From Chiloscyllium plagiosum (lineage: Eukaryota), in NCBI RefSeq assembly GCF_004010195.1, contig NC_057718.1, positions 9,248,209 to 9,284,757 of the forward strand: a DNA stretch of 36,549 nt, given 5' to 3'. Made by a program: the position numbers and the translations under genes. This document shows, in pieces, positions 1 through 11,007 of this stretch. The notes below the pieces were generated by a model. That model was given only the letters and a program-made list of their open reading frames with translations, searched no databases and was not told the origin of the DNA. Positions within the stretch are counted from its first letter, which is position 1; each line of letters starts with the position of its first letter.

Positions 1-76
1 TCCATTCACAATGTACTCCATTCTCAATGTGCTCCATTCTCAATGTGCTCCATTCTCAATGTACTCCATTCACAAT
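1..76 (+). repeat. 16-bp tandem repeat (TCCATTCWCAATGTRC), about 4.7 copies, running off the window start
   Basis: The repeated unit tccattc(a/t)caatgt(a/g)c is directly visible. Confidence 0.9.
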
Positions 77-86
77 TCTCTGCCTT

Positions 87-182
87 TATTCCTGATGAAG
101 GGCTTTTGCCCGAAACGTCGATTTTGCCTGTCCTCGGATGCTGCCTGAATTGTTGTGCTCTTCCAGCACCACTGATCCAGAA
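87..182 (+). mobile_element. Short Penelope-derived element (family A terminal region)
   Basis: Similar to the terminal repeat of the GIY-YIG-bearing element at 10971-11063. Confidence 0.8.
89..122 (+). ncRNA. Minimal hammerhead ribozyme motif (family A)
   Basis: ttc-CTGATGA-a-GGGC tttt GCCC-GAA ACGT C-gat: catalytic core, 4-bp stem II, palindromic ACGT and a GUC cleavage triplet. Confidence 0.75.
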
Positions 183-863
183 TTTGCTCCATATCCCTCT
201 AAACCCTTCCTATCCATGTACTTGACCAAATGCCTTTTAAATGATCATGATTTGGAGATGCCGGTGTTGGACTGGGGTGTACAAAGTTAAAAATCATACA
301 ACACCAGATTATAGTCCAACAGGTTTAATTAGAAGCACTAGCTTTCGAGCAACTATAATCTGGTGTTGTGTGATTTTTAACTTTTAAATGCTGTAATTGT
401 ACCAGCCTCCACCACTTCCTCCTGCAACTCGTTCCATTCACGTACTACCCTCTGTATGAAAAAGTTAGCCCTCAGGACCCTTTTACATTTTTCCCCTCTT
501 ACTTTAAACCTATGCCATCTGGCTTTGGACTCCCCCACCCCAGGGAAAAGACCTTGGCTATTCACCCTATCCAAGCCCCTCATGGTTTTATAAACCTCTA
601 CAAGGTCACACCTCAGCCTCCAACGCTCCAGGGAAAAAGGCCCCAGCCTATCCAGCCTCTCTGTATAATTCAAACTCTCCAGTCTCAGTAACAGCCTTGT
701 AAAGCTTTTTTGCACCCTTTCAAGTTTAAGAACATCCTTCCTATAGCAGGGAGATCAGAATTTAACACAGTACTCCAAATGTGACCTTACCAAATATCTT
801 GTACAGCCATAACATGACATCCCAGCTCCTGTACTCAATGCTCTGACAGATGAAGGCAAGCAT
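183..863 (-). mobile_element. CR1 LINE 3' part (ORF2 C-terminus and 3' UTR)
   Basis: ORF 377..715 reads LNYTERLDRLGPFSLERWRLRCDLVEVYK...NFFIQRVVREWNEL, the typical CR1 ORF2 C-terminus. Confidence 0.9.
244..380. mobile_element. Fold-back PLE-derived mini-element (family B) inserted in CR1, with a 10-bp TSD
   Basis: Inverted arms gttaaaaatcatacaacaccagattatagt / actataatctggtgttgtgtgatttttaac; TSD cttttaaatg at 234-243 and 381-390. Confidence 0.8.
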
Positions 864-1458
864 GATGGATCTTTTACAACCTATCATGAAATACAGGGAG
901 AACTAGCCATTTGGATACAGAACTGGCTCAAATGTAGAAGACAGAGGGTGGTGGTGGAGGGTTGTTTTTCAGACTGGAGGCCTGGTGGCTAGTGGTGTGC
1001 CACAAGGATCAGTGCTGGGTCCATTACTTTTCATCATTTATATAAATGATTTGGATGTGAACATAGGAGGTATGGTTAGTAAGTTTGCAAATGACACCAA
1101 AATTGGAGGTGTAGTAGACAGCAAAGAAGGTTACCTCAGATTACAACGGGATCTTGACCAGATGGGCCAATGGGCTGAGAAGTGGCAGATGGAGTTTAAT
1201 TCAGATAAATGTGAGGTGCTGCATTTTGGAAAAGCAAATCAGAGCAGGACTTATACACTTAATGGTAAGGTCCTTGGGAGTGTTGTTGAACAAAGAGACC
1301 TTGGAGTGCAGGTTCAGAGCTCCTTGAAAGTGGAGTCGCAGGTAGATAGGATAGTGAAGAAGACATTTGGTATGTTTTCCTTTATTGGCCAGAGCACTGA
1401 GTACAGGAGTTGGGAGGTCTTGTTGTGGCTGTACAGGACATTGGTAAAGCCACTTTTA
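864..1458 (+). mobile_element. CR1 LINE reverse transcriptase fragment
   Basis: ORF 985..1482 reads SGVPQGSVLGPLLFIIYINDLD...KFANDTK (degenerate FADD)...WQMEFNSDKCEVLHFG. Confidence 0.92.
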
Positions 1459-2084
1459 ACATCTACTGTCTATCATCAATGATTGTGGACTGTGGGTGAA
1501 AAACATTAGCTTATTGCTGTATTGTGAATCTCAGCCTGGATAATGCATTCATATAGCTGCAGTGGATTACACCTGTTGATTTGCATCATGCCCTCTGTGC
1601 TGCGGCATAGTTGACACTTTCTATGAAGGTGGGATGCAATTGCTATGATGCTACAAATGGATACAATTATGGCCATGAAAGGGTAAAACTGGCACATGCC
1701 TCCTGTTGGCACCAACAGTAAGGTTGGCACAGAGTCAATGTGCAAGCACAAAAATAGCACAGTAGAAATTGATTGGCATCACTGGGATAATTGGCATTCT
1801 TGACACAGGTGGCCAAATGAGTGCAGATGGTATGTGTTGGCATGGCTGACACAGCTGAAAATCTCTGAGCAGCACTCAGTTGGGCACAGCTGGCAGGTTT
1901 GTTTCCGTCCTTTGTATCGGACGCGCAAGGTTGCACTGTTGTCTTTGCAAAAGTGCGCCACCACTGAGTAGTTCAGCCACCATTGATGAACTTGAAACAC
2001 GTGGACATCAACAACAACAAACTCAGTCAAAGGCAACAACCATGCATAGACTGTACAGCACAGAATCAGACCGTTCAGCCCAAC

Positions 2085-3270
2085 TGGTCCATGGCAATGT
2101 TTATTTCTTCTGCCAGAGGGTGGTGACTCTGTGGCAATCAGTGCCACAGAGGGCTGTGGAGACCAAGTGTATTTAAGCCAGAGATAGATAGGCTCTTACT
2201 GAGTATGGGGAAATGGATAGAAGACAGGAGAATGGGGTTGAGAAATGTATCAGCAAAGATCAAATGGTGGAGTAAATGATGGGCCCCATGGTCTGCTCCT
2301 GGTTTCTATGTTTCTATACAATGAGCTTTAGATAGATTACACCAGTGGACAAAACATGGTGTAATGTGTAAAGTGGGAAAATGTCAGGTTGTGCACTTTG
2401 GCAGGGAGAATAGGGCAGGTCTGGGTGGGATGGTCTTCAGAGGGTCAGTGTTGACTCAATGGGCCAAATGACCTCTTTCTGCTCCATGGGGATTCAATGA
2501 TTCTACAAGTAGAATAGCAGAATTGTGTTTCAATGAAGCAAGATTGTAGCATGCTGATGGAAGAGGGATCTGGGTGTCCTGGGACATAAACACAAAACAT
2601 TAGCACGCAGCGAATAACTGGGAAGGCACACAGAATGCTGGCCTTTATTACAATGCGGATGGAATGTAACAGCAGGGAATTTTTGCTACAGCTGTAGAGG
2701 AAATTTGTGAGTTCCCATCTCACAGCTTTGGCCTCCTTTTTTGCGGAGAGATATATCCACATTGAAAGCAATTCACAGAAGGGTTGAATGGTGGAATGAT
2801 GGGGCTGTCTTATCAGGGAAGGTGGAACAGATGGGGTCTATATTGAGGCGTTTATAATAAAGAGGAATTTATTCTCTCTGAGGGTTGTTCCTCTTTTGAA
2901 GTTCTTTCCCCAGTGATCAATGGAGACAGGATAATTGACTATAGACAGATATCTGATTGTCGTGGGAGAAAGGGTTAAATGGGGGACAGGGAGGAAACGG
3001 TATTAGGTTAGTCATCATCTGATTGAATGTAGACAAGCAGGAGGCTGGAAGAACACAGCAAGCCAGGCAGCATCAGGAGGTAGAGAAGTCGACGTTTCAG
3101 GTGTAACCTTTCTTCAAGAGTCCTGAAACGATGACTTCTCCATCTTCTGATGCTGCCTGGCATTCTGTGTCCTTCCAGCTTGTCTACTTTGGTTTCCAGC
3201 ATTTTTTTGTCTCCAACCATGATCTGATTGAATGGCAGAGCAGAGGCCGAATGGCCTCAATCCATTGTTG
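2085..3270 (+). mobile_element. Old, degenerate CR1 LINE fragments
   Basis: CR1-like segments: ttcttctgccagagggtggtg, aaatgtcaggttgtgcactttggcagggagaa and the 3' end gattgaatggcagagcag. Confidence 0.65.
3030..3221. mobile_element. Fold-back PLE-derived mini-element with a degenerate hammerhead and a 13-bp TSD
   Basis: Arms of about 70 bp at 3030-3101 and 3122-3187; TSD atctgattgaatg at 3017-3029 and 3222-3234; minus-strand ttgaaga...gaaacgtc. Confidence 0.75.
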
Positions 3271-3939
3271 GTTTGTAGGTTGTTTCCTCTTGCTCTGCCT
3301 GCAAATGGAAGCTTGCGTTTTCTCACCGACCTACACTCAGAGACAGCACTGACTCCTCGTGGGATCGATTCCCAACATCCTTCCAGCAGAGACCATGCCA
3401 GGAAAGTAGTTACCCATAGCCCTGGATCCTCTGCCACTACCGCATCCCAAACTGGAGAAGACCGGCCTTTAGCAGCAGAGCCAACTTTAAAGAGCTCACT
3501 CCCCATCAATCCATGGCCGGTGGGTCATCAAAGAGACGGAGGAGAAATTTGCTGCCTCGGTGTTTTCAAAACCAAGAGGCACATTCTTTTTACAGACTTC
3601 TCCTGTCTCACCCTATCTTCCACTTGCTCATTTTCCCAGAATCTCCCGAGATCCATCCATCTTCCCCGTGGTATTGAGCAGGATATCCTCCTTCCACATA
3701 TGGTAACAGCTGATTTGCAGAGCAATGATCAGAGAAATAACAAAACAAACCGCCTCGCATTTGCAACGACACCCAGACCGGTCAGTCCTCAAACCAAGAA
3801 GGCTGGGGGCGGGCAGCCACAATGTGTCCTTGTACAGGCAAGGGTTTTGCTCTATCAAGGGTTTGGCTGCAATACTAGCTGCAGCAGCAACAGCTTGCAT
3901 TTATGTGGCGCCCGTTAGACAGCAGAACGCCCCAAGGAA

Positions 3940-4465
3940 CATAGAGTCAGAGAGATGTACAGCACGGAAACAGACTCTTTGGTCCAATTTGTCCATGCTG
4001 ACCAGATATCCTCAACAAATCTTGTCCCCATTTGCCAGCATCCAACTCATATCCCTCCAAACCCTTCCTATTCATATACCCATCCAAATGCCTTTTAAAT
4101 ATTGTAATTGTACCCGCCTCCACCACTTCCTCTGGCAACTCATTCCATACACGTATCACCCTCTGCATGAAAATGTTGTCCCTTTGGTCCCTTTTATATC
4201 TTTCCCCTCTTATCCTAAACATATACCCTCTAGTTCTGCACTTCCCCCACCCCAGGGAAAATACTTTGTCTATTTATCCTATCCATGCCCCTCATGATTT
4301 ATAAACCTCCATAAGGGGTTTATGGACTCAGACTCCGACGCTCCAGGGAAAACAGCCCCAACCTGTTCAGCCTCTCCCTGTAGTTCAAACTCTCCAACCC
4401 TGGCAACATCCTTGTAAAATTTTTCTGAACCCTTTCACGTTTCACAATATCCTTCCGATAGGAGT
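3940..4465 (-). mobile_element. CR1 LINE 3' end
   Basis: ORF 3947..4222 reads RGERYKRDQRDNIFMQRVIRVWNELPEEVVEAG; ORF 4320..4550 reads FTRMLPGLESLNYRERLNRLGLFSLE. Confidence 0.9.
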
Positions 4466-4547
4466 CATAGAATTGCCCTTTGTATAATGCACAGAGGGAA
4501 AAGTCCTGGTTTATACCGCTGTTTGAGCTCTGCACAGAGTATACTGC

Positions 4548-4709
4548 CAAGGTTAGAGTGGTGATGGAAAAGCAGATTCCTGATGAAGGGCTCCTGCCTG
4601 AAACATCAATTTCCCTGCTCCTCAGCTGCTGCCTGACCTGCTGTGCTTTTCCAGCACCACTCTAATCTTGAGTCTGATCTCCAGCATCTGCAGTCCTCAC
4701 TTTCACCTG
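4548..4709 (+). mobile_element. Short PLE family A element with degenerate hammerhead and short inverted 5' arm
   Basis: cctgatgaagggctcctgcctgaaacatc; imperfect TSD acagagtatactgc (4534-4547) / acagcgtacactgc (4710-4723). Confidence 0.75.
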
Positions 4710-4779
4710 ACAGCGTACACTGCACCCCATGTCCTTCCATTTCTTCCTCCCTTATCCAGCTTCCTTTAGATGGGAATTT

Positions 4780-4990
4780 AAAAAACAAAGAATTGCGGAT
4801 CCTGGAAATCAGAAACATAAACTGAATTTGCTGAAGAAACTCCGTAGGTCTAGCAGCATCTGTGTGAGAGAAAGCAGAGTTAACGTCCTTCTTCAGAACT
4901 GTCACCTGACTTGAAATGCTAACTCTGCTTTCCACCCACAGAATTTGCCAGACCTGTAGAGCTTCTCCAGCAATTTCGGGGTTTTTATCC
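4780..4990. mobile_element. Degenerate fold-back element (probably PLE-derived)
   Basis: Imperfect inverted arms ...aggtctagcagcatctgtgtgagagaaagcagagttaac / gctaactctgctttccacccacagaatttgccagacct... Confidence 0.6.
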
Positions 4991-5768
4991 CTGTGCTACT
5001 CTACCCTGTGACATGGTGAGTTTCACTCTCTGATGAAGACTTGGAAACAAAATGAAAAACTCAATCTGTGTGATAGATTTTAGTAAAAACAGAGAGGCAA
5101 GGAGGTTTAGAGATGAATTTCCAGGGCTTAAAGGACAGCAGAAGGGACAGTCACCAATGATGCAGTGATTGAAGCTGTGGAGACAGCAAGAGGCTAGGAT
5201 CCGAGGATGGGCTGGGGGGGGGGGGGGGTTTACCTAGGGCCCACAGGTTGCAAATTGGACTTCTCTGCCATCTCAGACCCCAGAGCGGAAGGCCAGTCAT
5301 GCTCGATCCAGAGGGACTGCCAAAGATACCTCAGGAACGCTGCACTGTCAGAGATGCAGAGGTTACAAAACTCTGGTGAATAGCAACAAAACAGTCCAAC
5401 AGCGACAAAGTACTTTGTTGGCTATAAAGTGCTTTGGGGCACTCCTGAGACAACAAAAGGCACCATATAAATACAATGCTTTCTTTTACCAAGTAAGCCT
5501 CATGCCCTCAATTGGAAAACAAACCAGGCATATCTTTGTCCAGTTTGGGTGAGTTTTAACTGTCAATTAAACAACCTTTTAATTACCACTCCCCCACCCA
5601 ACACCCCCACCACCCCAGTATTTTTAACAATATTGAAGGAGACAGTTTTCTCAACATCCCTGTTACTTCTCTCTAAGAGTTAGTTGCTCATTGCCATGCC
5701 TGTGAGATTAATCACTCGTTCCTGTAAGACTCCATTGTGACAGCAGCAGTGTTACCCTGACCCACTCA

Positions 5769-5894
5769 TTCCTGATGAAGGGCTTATGCCCGAAACATCG
5801 AGTCTCCTGCTCCTCGGATGCTGCCTGACCTGCTGTGCTTTTCCAGCACCACTCTCTCGACTCTGATCTCCAGCGTCTGCAGTCCTCACTTTCT
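5769..5894 (+). mobile_element. Short PLE family A element with hammerhead motif and 8-bp TSD
   Basis: attcCTGATGAaGGGCttatGCCCGAAAcatcgagt; TSD cccactca at 5761-5768 and 5895-5902. Confidence 0.8.
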
Positions 5895-6399
5895 CCCACT
5901 CAACACCACTAAGCAGAAAACAAAGTCTGAAGGAAACAGTTTCGGGATAGCATTTGTGGGATATCATGAGGAATAGGCTCAATCATGATGGGTTGAAGAG
6001 CCTCCTCTTACTCAATTCCATTTCCTGCTTCTAGGCAGGCATCAACACCTACAAAATCGAACATCAGAATGGAGCAGTGACCCCCTGAATTAGGGGATTG
6101 GAATGTTTCAGACTCAGACAGTGGCCAGAAGGTTAAGCCCAATAACTCAAGGTCAAATTGTCACATTGTCATATTCCAATCGGGCAGGACGGAGGGGGGC
6201 GCTGTTGGAGGAGGGTAGCCATTTTTTGGTTTGTGTATGTATGCGTGTATGCTAACCTTTGTGCCAAGGTTAAAGACAGTATGGCTTCACTTGGGGAAGG
6301 CTGGAAAAATGACCATTTGCTTAACCATGACGTTGCCCTGAGAATGTAGCATAAACACTCTGCCCACGGTTATAAAGAGATCCCAGGGTAATTAAGTGA

Positions 6400-6680
6400 T
6401 TTTTAAAAATTCTCTGATTGCCCAGAGGGTACTTAAGAGTCAAACATGTTGCTGTAGGTGTGGAGTCACCTGTAGGCTAGACACAGATGGCAGTTTCCTT
6501 CCCTAAAGGATGTTAGTGAACCAGATGGGTTTTCCCCACAGTCATCATTAGATTCTTAATCCCAGAATTTCCGGCTATTGAATTCAACTTCCGACATCTT
6601 CCATGGCAAGACTTGAACCCAATTCCCCTCAACATTTCGGGATTGACAGCTCATGGATAACACAACTAGACCAGCACACC
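6400..6680 (-). mobile_element. tRNA-derived SINE (SacSINE1/Deu-like)
   Basis: Reverse-complement similarity to 14476-14803. The family name is from recall. Confidence 0.65.
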
Positions 6681-6997
6681 GCTTCTGTGGAGCACTGTGT
6701 CAATTCAACACTATTCCCCAATGAATGCACTTTGTCACTGGGAATAGAAAGGTTTTATTGATGAACTGGGTGAAGAACAAATATAGCTCCCAAACTACAT
6801 ACAGAGGGTTTTCAGAACAGTTTGCAGCCAGTTTTGTTCAGCAGGTTTTGTACTTTCGAAACGCAGAGACTATCAGAGACCAGGTAGCTAATTTATTCAC
6901 AGTAAGACCTCACAGTAACAATGAACTGGGCTGGGCTGCCTAACATTTGCTGGAAGCTACAGATATTCATCCACGGGGAAATTCAAATAGGAAGGGC

Positions 6998-7270
6998 ATA
7001 GAATCATAGAAACCCTACAGCGTGGAAGCTGGCCATTCGGCCCATCAAGTCCAAACCAGTCCTCCAAAGAGCATCCCACCCAGACTCACTTCCCTTGCCT
7101 TATCCCTGTAACCCTGCATTTCCCATGACTAATCCACCTAACTTACACATCCCTGGACACCATGAGACAATTTCCCATGGCCAATCCACCCTAACCTGCA
7201 CATCTTTGGACTGTGGGGGGAAACCCACATAGACACAGGGAGAATGTGCAAACTCCACATGGACAGTCAT
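6998..7270 (-). mobile_element. HE1/V-SINE-like SINE, partial
   Basis: Shares ccaatccaccctaacctgcacatctttggactgtggg...gtgcaaactccaca with 34774-35076. Confidence 0.8.
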
Positions 7271-7644
7271 GTTCAGTCATTACAGCATTTTTAAAAATTG
7301 ACCAAAAGCATTGGGGCAACCGTTCCCTGTTGCACTCCTCATGGTAATGCCTGGATGGATTTGATGCCAACCAATCAGCACCCTTTTCTCATGCATACAC
7401 ACTTTACTCCCTTTGACATTTGGCATTCTTGCATCTGTCCTGATGAGAAAATCTTCAGCACAACATCACTTTTGCAGAAATAGTGAATGACTGATTTCTT
7501 TGATCTCAGTGCATTGGCTATATACTGCTGGCAAGGTCAAATAGCAACATTGAAAAGCAAGTTGCTATTTCGCAAATAACTGAGAAGATGGCTGATCTGG
7601 ATCCACATTACTGGCCATCATAGATGTGTCTGAGAGCTATATAC

Positions 7645-8848
7645 CTGAAGGTCTTCAAGGATAAGGAAGGGGAGCCTCTGTTCTCCATCCTGTCAGCGAT
7701 CCCATTGTGTGTGCTTCCTGCACAGAGGAGTCGGGTTGTTACAATCCATATGTACACCCCTATGTTCCAGCAGCTGATGTCCTGACCTTCCTGGGAAGGT
7801 ACATCCAAGTTGAGGGAGAAAGCACCGATGTGGTCGACACTTTCGGGATCTGGACCAGTAAGCGGCAGGTCAGGGTAACCCTGAGGGTCGATGACACCGG
7901 GAACATTCTCCACCCCCCCTCGAGCTTCGCAATTGAAGGGAGCAGAGGCTACCTGACATATGCAGGGTAGCCAAAAGTGTGCCGAACCTGCGGGAAGTCA
8001 GGACGCATGGTGGCGGGTTGCAAGGTGACCATCTGCAGGAACTGCAAACAGGAGGGTCACCTGACTAAGGACTGTCAGGAAGCAAATAGCTGCAACCTGT
8101 GCGGAGAGGCGGGCCACATGTACAAGACCTGCCCAAGACAGGGGGGGCCCCACTTATGCACAGATGGCCGGAGGTGGCAATGTGACCCCGTGGACCCCGA
8201 AAGATCAGTAAGGTCCACCCAGACAGCAGGGAAACGGAGTCTGGTGGCACCCAGAAAGAAGAACAGACTGGAGCGGAGGAGGCGGCAGCCAGCGGAGAGA
8301 CACAGCAGCTGATCCTAGCTCTAGCTGGGCAGATGGAAGCAATGGAGGAGGAGGTAATCGAGAAGGCAGAGGAGTGGATACCTGTTAAAAACAGGAAAAG
8401 AAAATCCTGCCAGGCCCCCAAAACCTCCCAGCAAAAGGGAAAACGACAGTTGCATGAGGGAGGGACGACCAGCTCTTCGGATGGTGAAGATGGGCGCAAG
8501 GTGGGTCATCACCAGAAGACGGGACAGACCACCGTAGGTGAAGAGGAGGTCATTTCCTCCCAATCAGGAAACAACGGACCCCCCGAAGTCCACCCTCCAC
8601 CCAGTGAAAACCAGGGGGTACCCACTGCCCCACAGCTACAGCTAACTGAGAGCCGTGATCCTCTGACAGTCCCATTGTCAGACACAGGTGTGGACCCTTG
8701 CCTCGGCTCAATGACACCAGAGCAGGTAAATGACCCCAGTGAGAGCCTGGATAGCTACCTCAGCCCTGCAAGTGTCCAGCAGTTCGCGCTCACCATGGGG
8801 ATGCAGACAGCTACCCCAGAGACAGGACAGTCAAATGGACAATGGTAA
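7645..8848 (+). pseudogene. Decayed Tx1/L1-clade ORF1p (ZCCHC3-like; three CCHC zinc knuckles and an acidic low-complexity tail)
   Basis: Joined frames read LKVFKDKEGEPLFSIL...RVVTIHMY/PYVPAADVLTFLGRY...FGIWTSKRQ...RGYLTYAG*PKVCRTCGKSGRMVAGC...CRNCKQEGHLTKDC...CNLCGEAGHMYKTC. Frameshifts near 7756 and 8145, TAG at 7968-7970, first knuckle H>R. Confidence 0.85.
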
Positions 8849-9230
8849 CCCCATAAACTGGGAGTTAAAGAAAGTTCCTTTGTTATCGTATAACAGGGGG
8901 CCCATTCAGTAGGAGAAAGTGAGGACTGCAAATGCTGGAGATCAGAGCCAAAAATGTGTTGCTGGAAAAGCGCAGCAGGTCAGGCAACATCCAAGGAGCA
9001 GGAGAGTCGGGCATAAGCCCTCCTTCAGGAATGAGGAGAGTGTGCCAAGCAGGCTAAGATAAAAGGTAGGGAGGAGGGGCGTTGGAAATGCAATTGGTGG
9101 AAGGAGATTAAGATGAGGGTGATAGGCCAGAGTGGGGGTGGGGGCTGAGAGGTCAGGAAGAAGATTGCAGGTTAGGAAGGTGGTGCTGAGTTCGAGGGTT
9201 GGGACTGAGACAAGGTGGGGGGAGGGGAAA

Positions 9231-10063
9231 TGAGGAAACTGGAGAAATCTGAGTTCATCCCTTGTGGTTGGAGTGTTCCTAGGCGGAGGATGAGGCGCTC
9301 TTCCTCCAGCCATCATATTGCTATGGTCTGGCGATGGAGGAGTCCAAGGACCTGCATGTCCTTGGTGGAGTGGGAAGGGGATTTGAAGTGTTGAGCCACG
9401 GGGTGGTTGGATTGGTTGGTCCGGGTGTCCCAGAGGTGTTCTCTGAAACATTCCGCAAGTAAGCGGCCTGTCTCCCAATATAGAGGAGGCCACATCAGGT
9501 GCAGCGAATGCAGTAAATGATGTGTGTGGAATGTAGGTGAATTTGTGGCAGATATGGAAGGATCCCTTGGGACCTTGGAGGGAAGTAATGGGGGAGGTGT
9601 GGGCGCAAGTTTTGCATTTCTTGCGGTTGCAGGGGAAGGTGCTGGGAGTGGAGGTTGGGTTGGTGGGGGGTATGGACCTGACAAGGGAGTCATGGAGGGA
9701 GTGGTCTTTTCGGATCGCTGATAGGGGAGGGAAGGGAAATATATCCCTGGTGATGGGGTCCGTTTGGAGGTGGCGGAAATGACGACGGATGATACAATGT
9801 ATATGATGGTTGGTGGGGTGGTAGGTGAGGACCAGTGGGGTTCTGTACTGGTGGCAATTGGAGGGGCAGGGCTCAAGGGCGGAGGAGGGGGAAGTGGAGG
9901 AGATGCGGTGGAGAGAATCGTCGATCACGTCTGGGAGGAAATTGCGGTCCTTGAAGAAGGAGGCCATCTGGGTTGTTCGGTTTTGGAACTGGTCCTCCTG
10001 GGAGCAGATGCGGCAGAGACGAAGGAATTGGGAATATGGGATGGCGTTTTTACAGGGGGCAGG
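9231..10063 (-). pseudogene. Penelope ORF C-terminus (RT thumb/linker and GIY-YIG endonuclease), frameshifted
   Basis: AIPYSQFLRLCRICS...RTPLVLTYHP...FPCNRKKCKTC...ETGRLLAECFREH...HPVAQHFKSPSHS...MQVLGL are characteristic PLE motifs. Confidence 0.88.
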
Positions 10064-10838
10064 NNNNNNNNNNNNNNNNNNNNNNNNNNNNNNNNNNNNN
10101 NNNNNNNNNNNNNNNNNNNNNNNNNNNNNNNNNNNNNNNNNNNNNNNNNNNNNNNNNNNNNNNNNNNNNNNNNNNNNNNNNNNNNNNNNNNNNNNNNNNN
10201 NNNNNNNNNNNNNNNNNNNNNNNNNNNNNNNNNNNNNNNNNNNNNNNNNNNNNNNNNNNNNNNNNNNNNNNNNNNNNNNNNNNNNNNNNNNNNNNNNNNN
10301 NNNNNNNNNNNNNNNNNNNNNNNNNNNNNNNNNNNNNNNNNNNNNNNNNNNNNNNNNNNNNNNNNNNNNNNNNNNNNNNNNNNNNNNNNNNNNNNNNNNN
10401 NNNNNNNNNNNNNNNNNNNNNNNNNNNNNNNNNNNNNNNNNNNNNNNNNNNNNNNNNNNNNNNNNNNNNNNNNNNNNNNNNNNNNNNNNNNNNNNNNNNN
10501 NNNNNNNNNNNNNNNNNNNNNNNNNNNNNNNNNNNNNNNNNNNNNNNNNNNNNNNNNNNNNNNNNNNNNNNNNNNNNNNNNNNNNNNNNNNNNNNNNNNN
10601 NNNNNNNNNNNNNNNNNNNNNNNNNNNNNNNNNNNNNNNNNNNNNNNNNNNNNNNNNNNNNNNNNNNNNNNNNNNNNNNNNNNNNNNNNNNNNNNNNNNN
10701 NNNNNNNNNNNNNNNNNNNNNNNNNNNNNNNNNNNNNNNNNNNNNNNNNNNNNNNNNNNNNNNNNNNNNNNNNNNNNNNNNNNNNNNNNNNNNNNNNNNN
10801 NNNNNNNNNNNNNNNNNNNNNNNNNNNNNNNNNNNNNN
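10064..10838. other. Assembly gap (775 N)
   Basis: Run of N. Confidence 1.
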
Positions 10839-10973
10839 CGGGTGTCCCAGAGGTGTTCTCTGAAACATTCCGCAAGTAGGCGGCCTGCCTTCCACCAATT
10901 GCATTTCCAACGCCCCTCCCCCAAGTCCCTCCTCCCTACCTTTTATCTTAGCCTGCTGGACACACTTTCCTCA

Positions 10974-11007
10974 TTCCTGAAGAAGGGCTCATGCCCGAAA
11001 CGTCGAT
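10974..11007 (+). ncRNA. Hammerhead ribozyme motif in the Penelope pseudo-LTR (family A)
   Basis: ttc-CTGAAGA-a-GGGC tcat GCCC-GAA ACGT C-gat. Confidence 0.75.

Noticed and set aside
3232..3918. 228-aa plus-strand ORF
   Set aside because: It starts within a CR1 3' UTR, has no recognisable domain, and its composition looks random.
7645..8848. Functional host ZCCHC3 gene
   Set aside because: It has an in-frame stop, frameshifts, a 5' truncation and a retroelement-type tail, so no gene symbol was assigned.
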